Shown here: piece by piece, positions 51,851 through 64,000 of the stretch
Position numbering within the stretch: the stretch's first letter is position 1
Layout: each line of letters opens with the position of its first letter
NCBI GenBank assembly: GCA_951406725.2
Contig: OX597838.1
Location: forward strand, 43,400,001 to 43,464,000
Reading direction: 5' to 3'
DNA from: Octopus vulgaris
Lineage: Eukaryota
Length of the DNA: 64,000 nucleotides
Program-made: the position numbers and the translations under genes
Notes under the pieces: generated by a model
The model's database searches: none
Seen by the model: only the letters and a program-made list of their open reading frames with translations
Told to the model about the DNA's origin: nothing

Positions 51851-54800
51851 GACATCTCCGCGGCTGTTATCGGCCTTTCGCAGCACTCTGAGAGTCGTGG
51901 CAGGCCGTCCAGGTACACAGCGAAGTCTACCTTGTTATCCGTCCTACCATTCGTCCCAAACAGTCGAGCAAAGTGCTGCTGAAAAGCCGCACACATCTGT
52001 TTCGGTTTGAACACCTCGCGCTCGTCCTGGTCAACCAAAGATCGAATGGTGGCTTTATTTCTATGTTTCGCCTCTGCCACGCGGGCCCATCGTGACGCTT
52101 TCGTTCCCTCCCTGCTTAGTGAACGTGCCTTAACTCTGACAACATAACCTTCGTGTTTGGCGTCGAGAAATTGGTCGAGGGTCAACCTCGCTGCCAACAC
52201 ATCGGTTGCGATGCCTGTCCTGAGCGCCTCATCTAGCTTTCTAACTATATCTCCCTCTATTCTATTTCGTTCAGTCATTAATGCCTTGATAAACCTAATC
52301 GATTCTACTCTAATTGCCCTTTTAAGTGCAAACCACCAGTTGTTGACGTCTGCGCCCGTCAACGCCCTCTTAACTAAAACGCTTATCCGGTCTCTGTAAG
52401 CTTGACACACCGGTAACGACCTGTTCATCTTCCAGTATCCGGGACCCTGTCTACGAAACCTATCTAAGTCGACCGTACAGATCATGAAGTTGTGGTCTTT
52501 GTAGTTGACTAAGTGAAACTGGACAACCTATACTATCCTTATCTACTGGTCTACAGAATGCGCTATCTAAGTACGATCTAGATGACCCGATGCGATTTGT
52601 CCAAGTCCACATTGGTACATTCGGGTAATCTAGTCAGTACCTGTTAGACAATTGAAATCGTCTGAGCAGGTTTTTGAGGCTTTTGCACACCCCTCTCCTA
52701 TCAGATACTCCCACGCAATCGAAACGTCCATCTAAGATAGTGTTTCAATCCCCTACTAACACTAAAGTCCGAGACGTTCCCAGGAAGCCCTCCAGACACT
52801 TGAAGTAATCAGACCGCCCTGTCCCTGTCGGAGCATAAGCATCCACCAGTCTGAAGCTATCGCCGTCATTGCTGTTCACATCTAGGACAACCAACTTAAC
52901 TTCTGAATCCAGGAAGACTTTATTTTCAAATCAGACCTTTCCGGAGAAGCACCACAGTACCACCACCGCCCCTTCCCGGTTTATACGGAGATAGAAAAAT
53001 CTCGTATCCACCGAAAAGGGTAATGAGGTCCCGTGGGTCGGATAGACTTGATTCATTAATGGCTGCTACGTCTATACTAAAAGACCTCAGGTCATTTAAA
53101 AGGTGACCTTGTTTCCAAGGCGAACCGAGGCCCCTGACATTTATGCAATCTACTCTGAGCAACACCATGCTGAAAATAAATATTTAAGACGGAGAAGAGC
53201 TCTGTTTACCACTGTTGTCTGGTAGGGCGGCCCCCTTGGTCTTTGGTGTGGGAGTTTCCACAAAGATTTTATAAAGTGTTTTTGAGAAGGTCTTTTAGAA
53301 AGACCCAAAAGCTTTTGGGAAGTTTCTTTTCATTGTGGTGAATGTGTTTTGGGTGAATTTTACAATTTGCATGAGTGATGGTGATGCATTGTGAGTTGGG
53401 AAGACAAAGTCTGCTAATGTGGTGTCTGTATTGTTATATAGATATGTTGTTAGGTCTATGTCAGCTGTGTTGATGGTTGTGAGGTTGGTGGTGTTGTGAG
53501 GTTGGTGGTCTGTGTTGTAGATGCTGCTGTTATTGGTTGTTGTGTGTGTTGCTGCTGTTGGTAAGTTCTGCTTCTTTGCCCCTCCCCCCTTTTCCTTCTA
53601 CTGCCTCTTTAGTCTTTTTCTTTCTTTTCTCGAAGCGGGGGGGGTACTGTCTGCCACTCCCCACTCCCAACCTCAGTACTCGAACAGTCCGAGTTGTTTG
53701 GATCCGGAAGGGGGATTTTCTCTGGCTCGTGGGTTTGTTGGGGTTCGTCCGTTGCTGCTGCTACTCCTGTAGTAGCTGTTGGTGGTGGTGGTGGTGGTGG
53801 TGGTGGTGGTGGTGGTGGTGGTAATCCGGCTGGTGTCATTGTTGTTGGTGGTGTCCTGAGGCGGCTGGAGGAGGCGTCGGTGTTGCTGGCGGTGGTGAAG
53901 ATGGTGTGGGTGTTTGGGTGACCACTGGTTTCTGTTGCTGCTGTTGTTGCTGCTGCTCTACTGGAGGTTCCCCCGGTTCTGGTATCGGCAGAAGGGCCGG
54001 TCGCCTCCCCTTCTTAGAGCAGGAGACCCTGAGGTGGCTTTGGTCACCGCAAAAATAGCACCTCTGCCTCCTGTGGACAGCCATTTGTAGTCTGGTGCTG
54101 TCGGATTGGTTTATTGAGTCAGGGATAGAATTTAAGGCCCCTTGTTCCATTTTAACAAAGAGCTCCAATCCCTGACCCGACCAATTTTGTTGGTGCAATT
54201 TATGAACCCCCAGTATAGTGGTGATGTCCTCTATGTCTAAGAGGACAGCTGCCACCACCCAGCATATATTTATTTCATGGGGAATCCCCCGCCCAATTTT
54301 AACTTTGGTAACGCGCCGACCAAGATATGTCGGCACGAGCAGATCTTCCGAAATCAGTGGCACTGTGGAATGCTGTCTTGCTTCTTCTTCCGTTGCGAAG
54401 CGCACTTCCACAGTGCCGAACCATTTTCCACGAATCACATACGTTTTATTTTTCCATATCGATTTCAGAATCAATTCCAGTTGTTGTGTTGCTCATTCCA
54501 CCCCCCACCCACCCATTTTTTGTTAATACATTTATGTTATTGTTTTTCTGTTGCTGTTCATGATAATTTGTTGTGGAGTCTTTAGGGAGACATCGTTGCC
54601 TTGTCTCACCAATAACTCCTTTGAGTGTTTTAAGTCCTCTAATACGACGCTTATTTTTCTCTTGTCTGCTTCGCTGCGGAAGCGAAACCGTGTGTTGTTG
54701 GATTTGTCTTTCGCGTTTATTCTTCCATTTTCTTCGTCGTTCTTGTTGGTATTCATGGCGTTGGCGGTGTTTTCTCTGTTCTTTTCTTTTTGTATGTTAA

Positions 54801-55000
54801 TGGTGGTGCTGGTGCTGTTGTTTGTGCTGTTCAGAGGGGGGAAATCTTCGAGGTTTTGGCCGTCAAAACAGCCACTGCCACTCTCTTCGACAAACGAAGG
54901 CATCTTGTTTTTCGTTAGACGAGAAACAAATTATTTCATAAGGATCAAAGTGTCCAAAATTGCCTCTAAAAGGGCAGACCTTCAACAAGGAACCCCTTTA
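51851..55000 (-). mobile_element. Tx1/L1-like LINE: ORF1 (CCHC zinc knuckle) + ORF2 APE endonuclease, RT missing
   Basis: ORF1 from 54903 with CYFCGDQSHLRVSC; ORF2 from 53168 CINVRGL..INES, YLDS, DHNFM, GPGYWKMN; ends at CERPITAAE; 5' boundary approximate. Confidence 0.85.
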
Positions 55001-55094
55001 GTTAACAAGAAGGATTCAACAATATCAACAATGAAAACAAAAATCCAACAGCCTTCAAAAGAAAACAACAAAAGTTCCTAATTACGGACCCCAA

Positions 55095-57310
55095 GCAAAC
55101 CAGATGGAGTTCAAGGCTACTGGATCAAAATATTTAGTGAATGCCATGCACGAATAGCTGCACAACCCAACACCTTGTTAAATGTCGACTAAGTAACACC
55201 AGAGTGGTTGACAATGGGTAGGACAGTGCTGTACTTGAAAAACATCGAAAACGGCAATACGGTAGACAATTACAGGCCGATATCCTGCTTGCCACTTGTG
55301 TGGAAATTATTGAGTCAATATATGGACATCTGGAAAAAAAAAGAGTCCTGACACATGAGCAGAAGGGGTGCAAGCGTAAGTGCAGAAGTACCAAGGATCA
55401 ACTCCTGGTAGACAAAACTGTACTTTGAGATTGCAAGAGGAGGAAAACTAACTTAGCCAAATCATGGACCGATTATCGTAAGGCGTACGATATGATCCCA
55501 TATTCATGGATTATGTAGTCTATTTGGTATTGCGTCAAATGTTGAGCGATCGCATAGAAAAAATATGGCGAAGTGGAGGGCGGAACTGACAGCATACGGA
55601 AGAAGTTTAGGGACAACAGAAATCAGGAGAGGCATCTTCCAAGGGGACTGCCTGTCCCCACTGATCTTTGTACTGTGCATGATACTACTAACACTGATTC
55701 TGAGGAAAGCAAATGCTGGGTATGTATTCAAAAGCTCCCAGCAAAAAGGCAATCACTTGTTATTCATGGATGACCTCAAACTGTATAGTGAAGATGAAGC
55801 CCAACTCAGTTTCCTTCGTTGATACAGTGTATACCTTCAGTGCTGATATCAGAATGGGGTTCGGACTGAGAAAGTGTGGTGTGTTAGTCTTGAAGAGAGG
55901 CAAAATCAAATGTATAGACGAGCTAACGATACCGTCGGGGGAGGTTATGAAGCAGATAGAAGAGACGGGCTATAAGTACTTGGGGATTTCGGAAATGGAT
56001 AAATTGATGGAGAAAGAAATGACAGAAAAATTTAAGGTGGAGTACTTGTGCAGACTGAGACTGATCCTTAAGTCGAAATCAAATGAACAGAATAAGATTG
56101 AAACTATCAACACCTGGATGGTTTCACTCCTTAGACACGGAGCAGGAGTAATCGCATGGACAGTAGATGAACTGAACAACTTAGACAGAAAGACAAAGAA
56201 GTTGCTAATTAGATATGAGATACTCCACCCAAAAAGTGACACAGACAGACTGTATATACTAAGAGAAAGAGGGTGAAGAGGACTGATTGCATGCGAACAC
56301 GGCATTAGAGCAAGAGAACATAGCATGGTATGTAAAAAAAAATGCCACAGAACCGCTATTATTAGAAGTAAGAAGGTCATGCTTGTGTAGGCTGGAAAAT
56401 TGCAAAGGTAAAGCACTGAACAAGCACTTGAGAATGAATGAAACTCAAAATAGGTGGATAAAGAAAAGAACGAATGGACAATTTCATAAGGATGTTGAAA
56501 ATAAGACAGACAAAAAAAAAAAAGATGGGTATGGATAACTAAAAGTGATTTAAAACCGGAAACTGAAGCTCTAATCTGTGCTGCCGAAGAGCAAGCATTT
56601 AGAACCAATTACATCAAATACAAAATAGAGAACACATCAGAAAGGGATAAGAGCAGAATTTGTGGACAAAATGATGAAAATGTATGGCATATTACCAGTC
56701 AATGTACGTTACTAGCCCAGAAAGAATATAAGAGACGTCATGACAACATAGCAAGAATTGTCCCTCGGACACATTGCAACAAGTATGGACTTGACAGAGC
56801 AAAAAAGTGGTACGAATATAAACTCGAAGGCATTAGTGAAAATGGTAATGCAAAGATCCTATGGGATTTTATGATTCAGTGTGACCATGAAATAGAGAAT
56901 AGGAAGCCAGACATAGTGTTAATTGAGAAAGAAAGCAAACGATGCTGGAGCATAGATATAGCATGTCCAGCTGACAACAAGGTGTGTGATAAGGAAAAAA
57001 GAAAAGTCGATAGATACGACAGGTTAGCTTGGGAGGTTAAGCAGTTGTGGTCATTGAAAGAAGTGGTAGTAGCACCAATAATTGTCGGAGCCCTGGGAAC
57101 AGTGAGTAAAAATCTTGAGAAGTACATGGAACAAATAGGGGCTGCAATAAGGGTGGAGAACATGCAGAAAACAGCACTGCTTGGAACCGCTCGAATACTC
57201 CGGATGGTGCTTGAAAAATAAGGGGTGCTACCTTAGTTCACTGGGAGTGAACAGCTGGCACCATAGTACTTCTCCAGCGTTAGAAACTGTGCAAAGACAA
57301 TAAATAATAA
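55095..57310 (+). mobile_element. R4/Dong-like LINE (RT + CCHC + RLE endonuclease), 5' truncated, pseudogenised
   Basis: GIFQGDCLSPLIF, HLLFMDDLKLY, YKYLG, RKPDIVL..IDIACP, PIIVGALG; ends in TAA repeats. Confidence 0.92.
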
Positions 57311-57314
57311 TGAC

Positions 57315-57575
57315 ACTACACTGATTTTGGATAGTGAGACTGAATCGTTGAATGCTGAGAATGTAAGAATTTCATGTGGCATTTTCCAGGGCGACTCTCA
57401 ATCACCACTCCTCTTTTGTCTAACTTTAATACCTCTTTCCAAACTGCTCGATGAGGCACAATGTGGATATTAAAATTTTTGACAAAACTATAAATCATCT
57501 CTTTTGCATGAATGATTTAAAGCTTTTTACAAAAAATGACCAGCAACTACAGGGCTTACTAGCAACTGTATAACA
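57315..57575 (+). mobile_element. Second R4-like RT fragment
   Basis: GIFQGDSQSPLLFCL and INHLFCMNDLKLF. Confidence 0.7.
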
Positions 57576-57943
57576 GTATGTGTGTGTATGTGCCTTCATG
57601 CTTGCATGAAGTTGGTCCCGACGATGTTGGAATCGACTTTGCTCAAATCTTTGAACCGAGGAGAAGCAGGAATGGCACCAGCTCGTGCGTTCTGATGCTT
57701 TGTTTTCCGAGGAAGAGAAGGGAATGTTGCATCGCTTCACATTGTCTTTTTGTTTGTCTTTGAAGCGCAAGAGTGGCTTTTCCGAATATTTAGGCACAGG
57801 CGTAATCGTATGGTTTGCTTCCCAACCACATAACTCCGGGTTCAATCCCACTTAAGCAAGTGTCTTCTACTATAACTTCGGGCCGACTGAAGCCTTGTGA
57901 GTGGTTTTGAAAGAAGCACGTCGTATATATATCTACATCTATC

Positions 57944-58022
<79 letters not shown>

Positions 58023-58155
58023 GGCAAGGAAGAAAATGTAGAAGATAATTGACAAACATCAGCTAGATCCATTTATTAATTAATTACAATCAAAGGAATG
58101 TGAATAATTAAATAAATAAATATATAAACAAGAATAAATGAGTGAATATAACTCT

Positions 58156-58290
58156 AATCTTACAGCTGTTTCTATTTTGGTGAGGTCCAGAATGCCAAAG
58201 TTGGCACATCATACCAATATTACACAAAGATTGTACCAAAACTGAACAAAAATTGGACAGGAATTGAACCCCAAAGCTTCATCAGAGAGT
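58156..58290 (-). ncRNA. Discontinuous hammerhead, sense to the putative 3' UTR
   Basis: Same sequence as 34732-34866; predicted cut between 58161 and 58160. Confidence 0.65.
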
Positions 58291-58781
58291 CAATAATGGC
58301 AAGAATTAAACAAATAAAAAAGTAAAATAAAATAATAAAAATACTAAAGAATAAGAAAAAATAAATTCCAAAATAATATCCAGAGGTTGTGAGATCACAT
58401 CTTGTGGGATCAATCTAATGGGGGATATAGACTATATTCCCCCCACACCCCGTTAGATTGAAATAAGTTGTGATCTCACCTCTGGATATTATCTTGGAAT
58501 TTACTTTTTACTAATCTTTAGTATTTTTATTATTTTGTTTTACTTTTTTCTTGTTTAATTCTTGCTGGATACGAACCTCTGACTCCACGACAATTTATTC
58601 CTGTATCCTTATTGACTCGGCCATCCATTCATTAAGTCAATCAAACAGACATCACCTCATAGTCTTTCCTTGCCAACCTTCTTCCTATATTTTTACCTTC
58701 CTTTAGTCTTTTCTTTTATTATTGGTATTTTTTTGTAAGTCTTTTTTTAAGGTACAAAACGGCAGATTTTCGCAAAAGCCG

Positions 58782-58903
58782 TCAAGTGTACTCAATGACC
58801 CGGCGTGGAGTTTTGTCTGGTTTTTGTTGATATTCCGGATTGGTAGCAAGATTCATTGTGCTCTGCTTGAACATAAAGTCACTTTGTTCTTTGTTATGGA
58901 AAC
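58782..58903 (-). CDS. Putative terminal coding exon of an unidentified host gene (phase 1)
   Basis: Polypyrimidine tract + CAG acceptor (TTCTTTTTTTTTATCGTCAG|GT), then FHNKEQSDFMFKQSTMNLATNPEYQQKPDKTPRRVIEYT*; AATAAA ~60 nt downstream; no upstream exon found in window. Confidence 0.5.
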
Positions 58904-59216
58904 CTGACGATAAAAAAAAAGAAAATTTTTACACCTGAACAGAAACAACACCACCAACAACAACAACACCAACAACAATGAATCTGCTAAGAGTTTTTCA
59001 TAAAACAACGCCCAAAACAATTTTCGATTTTCACATTCAATACTGAAGACTCCTTCTTTTCGTTCATTTCCTTCGTGGCTTTTCTTTCTTTTTCCATCTC
59101 TTTCGTAACATTTGTTGCTTTTCCCTTCCTTATTTTATATCGGTTTTCACCCTTGTTTTTTTTATTGTTTTTTTTCTTTTTCCCTATAATTTTGTCGTTC
59201 TTTATTCATATCTTAC

Positions 59217-59290
<74 letters not shown>

Positions 59291-61187
59291 GTGTCTTACT
59301 CCAGCAACAATATATATATATTATGTGTGTGTGTGTGTGTGTGTGTGTACGCACATACATGTATTTATGCACACATATACATACGTTTATATATATATAT
59401 CTATGTATATATGTATCTACATATATGTATGGATATGTACAGTTGCACCCCCCCCCCCCAGATTCCCCTCCCCCACAAGCCAGCATTGCCATACTCCCAC
59501 ACCTATACACATACCGATATCCCACCAACACATGCGGCGCTTTCACCATTCCTCTTTCCACTCGCTTCAATAAACACAAACACTGATGCGTGCACCCCGT
59601 CATTCCTCCGTTCTGGAATCTCCGGCCCCCCCCCCACTCTCTACAATAGCAATCCTTCGACTCCCCCTGCGTCACTTCTGTTTTTATAATTTCAAAATAA
59701 TTTTTAATATATTTTAATTCTAATTTCCTTTTTTTTTTTCGCAAACAGTTTGCGAATTCAAGTGATACCAATTGAAAACTGCATACTTTGAACTATCAGG
59801 CGCCTGGAGTCATTGGGAGAGAATTCGCGCCGTTTGGGGTCCTCCCACTCGACGGCATTATTGTGCACCAGCCCCACTCACTGACATGAAGTCCCGTTTA
59901 CTACATCAACTGGTCACAAGTCCTCACTCAATATTCTTCTCGTCATTGTTCATCGTCTCTTTTTAATCTTTCCTGTCATTCAAAATCTCATACCAAAATA
60001 ATTTAAGGCCCCGAGGTGTTAAAGCTTGCAGTTAATGTTGTCTCGTTCTAATAATTTTATTGATAGTGAAGTTTTTTTCTTTTATTCAGCCGCTTGAGTT
60101 GATGTTTCAAAATTATTCTTTTTCCTCTCAAGATTTTGGGCGCGTAGAGTCTTCGGCATATTTTTGGTAATTTCTCCATGAGATGTCTTTGGTGTGTTGT
60201 GAACTTAATATTCAGCTTGCATCATCTCACAGTGTTTAAATGTCTGATTCTGTGATGCTGGTTGCTTCCCTCTAGTTTCATTACCGACTTCACTTGTTTG
60301 CCTTAACTTATTAGCAAGTCCACTGCAGATATTTCCCAATTTAGCCAACCTCGTGGCACCCAACATCCAACATATTTCGTCAATGGTACCCATCCTGGAG
60401 TCCATAACCACCTACAAAAAGTTTTATAATCAGAAAGGAGCATTTATTTTGCTCATACTCCACCTATAAATCCCTGGGAATGTCGTGAAGATGCAATCAC
60501 TCGCTGTATATAACTTCAGGATGGTGGCCCAGGATGGAGGTACATTGTCATTAGCTTTGATTATTATCTGTTGAAGATTTAGCGAATCGAAAGGCCTCTC
60601 AAGCTTCTATGAGTGAAAGCAGCATCGAATGCTTTCTTAGAAGCTAATCGAATTCTTCTTTTCGTTGTCCTACATTTGTTTTATTGATTAGGAGTTGCTT
60701 AACCTATTTTTAAACACATTCTGTCGTGATTGTGATAATCTTGAGCCGATAATTTCAGACAGGTAGTATATATTTTAGACATTAGATTCTTGTCTGAAAT
60801 TAACCGGCAGCTCTTTGCCATTTAACTGACTTTGTTATTTAGTATTGAACTTATTCCTTCCAATGTCAGACAGCTTAGTATATTTATATTCCCACCGAGG
60901 AAATGTTTAGGCTAATAAGATACCATCGACAGAAAGTCAGGGTTTGTATCACTTCCTGATATTTATTTGCTGAATTTTTCCTATTACAGTCTCAGGTGAG
61001 AGTGCATGCTTTTGGTGTTAAGCAGGGACAACAATTCTTTTGGATATGTGTACATATGTATGCATCCAATAAAAGAGGTGTTTGTACGCACGTGTGCGTA
61101 TATGTATGAGTGTATATGTGATGTATGTATGTATGTATGTATGTATGTATGTATGCATGTATGTACGTATGTATGTATATATGTATG

Positions 61188-62402
61188 TACAGGGTTGGAC
61201 AAAATAATGGAAACACCTTAAAATTTCAAACAAATTTATTTTAATATGCGGTAGGGCCGCCTTTGGCAGTAATTACAGCTTGACTTCTACGAGGTGTGGA
61301 CTCGTACAAAGTTTAAATCGTTTCCAATATCTTGCTAAAATTGCTGTTTCTTTTCAGTTATCATCAGAAAAAGGCTAAAAGAGTCGCCAGTTCTTGTAGT
61401 GATGATGGGGGAGGATATCGATTCCTTCCTTGTTTTTCTAAAATGCACCATAAATGTTGAATAATATTGAGATCTGGGACTGTGGTGGCCAGATAGGATA
61501 TTCAACTTCACTAGAATGTTCCTCGTGCCATTCAGTAACAACATTAACTGTGTGAATTGGTGCATTATCATCCTGAAAGATGGCACTTCTCTCCAGAAAT
61601 AGTTCCGCAACAATAGGATGAATTTGATGAGATAAAATGCTTAAATAGTTTTGACTATTAATTCTGCCATGAAGGGAAACCGTTGGGCCGGCGGATTTCC
61701 AAGATATAGCCCCCCCTCCCCCCGACCGTATACTCGGCCGGTGGTCGGAAATGAGGTAAAGGATGACTCATCCGAGAAAATAACATTATTCCACTGCTCT
61801 AGGGACCAATTTTGTAGGTTTTTACTCCACTCTAAACACTTTGCAACGTTTGTCTTTGAAAGTAGTGGTTTTCTGATTGCAGCCCTCCCGTAAAATCCAG
61901 CTTTGTGCAGCCCCCGGCGAACAGTTTAGCTGGAAACTGGGTTCTCGATGTGGTCATTAAGTTCTGCAGAAATTTTGGGTGCTTTTCTTTGGTGATCCTT
62001 TCTAACAATTCGCGTAAAAGTCCAACGGTCCCTATCTGAAAGTTTTGGTTTTCTTCCAGAGTTTTGTTTCGACGAGGAGGTTTTTCCCTCTTTCTCAAAG
62101 GCTGTCATTACTTTCGAGACAGTACTTCTTGATACACCAAACATTTTGGATGTTTTCGTTACGTTAGCGCTTGCGATACAAGCAACAACAATTTTACCTC
62201 TTTGAAAGTCCAATAGATCTGTCATTTTAATGAATTTTAATTGCCTTTTTCTGATGATATCTCAAAAGAAACAGCAATTTTAGCAAAACATTAAGCAACA
62301 CTAATAATAAATAAAAAAACATAAAAATAAACAAGCTTTTGACAGTTTTATAGATATTTCAAAATTATGATGCTAGGTGTTTCCATTATTTTGTCCAACC
62401 CC

Positions 62403-62406
<4 letters not shown>
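61188..62406 (-). mobile_element. Tc1-like DNA transposon with both TIRs, decayed transposase
   Basis: TIRs TACAGGGTTGGACAAAATAATGGAAACACCT / AGGTGTTTCCATTATTTTGTCCAACCCCTA; DLLDFQRGKIV..GVSRSTVSKV, IFSDESSF, FQDDNAPIH. Confidence 0.9.
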
Positions 62407-63452
<1,046 letters not shown>

Positions 63453-63454
63453 TA

Positions 63455-63884
<430 letters not shown>

Positions 63885-63937
63885 GTATATATATATGTAT
63901 ATTTATATATATGTATATGTATATATATGTATATGTG

Positions 63938-64000
<63 letters not shown>

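Larger units (their letters stand above)
58082..58904. repeat. Second copy of the ~820 bp duplication
   Basis: Near identity to 34658-35480. Confidence 0.95.

Noticed and set aside
60205-60411. Minus-strand ORF after a TTTTGTAG acceptor as the upstream exon of the 58.9 kb exon
   Set aside because: Ends in a stop codon and does not match the in-frame upstream sequence seen in the 35.5 kb copy
60975-61002. 6 nt micro-exon (TTACAG-TCTCAG-GTGAGA) on plus strand
   Set aside because: Such short splice-like matches are expected by chance and there is no plus-strand gene context

Overview
AT-rich eukaryotic DNA saturated with microsatellites ((TA)n, (CA)n, (TACA)n, (TATC)n, (TAA)n). The repeat content most resembles an octopus/cephalopod genome (inference). 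No complete intact protein-coding gene is visible, and most ORF-track entries are microsatellite artefacts. The window is a transposon graveyard: several tRNA-headed SINE families, R4/Dong-like and HERO-like RLE LINEs, Tx1/L1-like LINE pieces, two Penelope-like (PLE) relics, Tc1/mariner relics and two probable solo LTRs. Two signals stand out. (1) About ten hammerhead-ribozyme (HHR) motifs of several architectures: one complete motif at 23612-23674, minimal palindromic 'dimer-type' motifs, motifs split by 100-130 nt stem II inserts, and a U3-A8 compensatory core variant. Most ride on non-coding, inverted-repeat, PLE-like elements inserted in microsatellites, and one is fused to a tRNA-like Pol III head. 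(2) An ~820 bp near-identical duplication (34658-35480 / 58082-58904) whose homology stops exactly at a splice acceptor in one copy and continues in frame in the other. This suggests a host last exon with an HHR-bearing 3' UTR plus a spliced retrocopy. All structures were read by eye and coordinates of decayed repeats are approximate.
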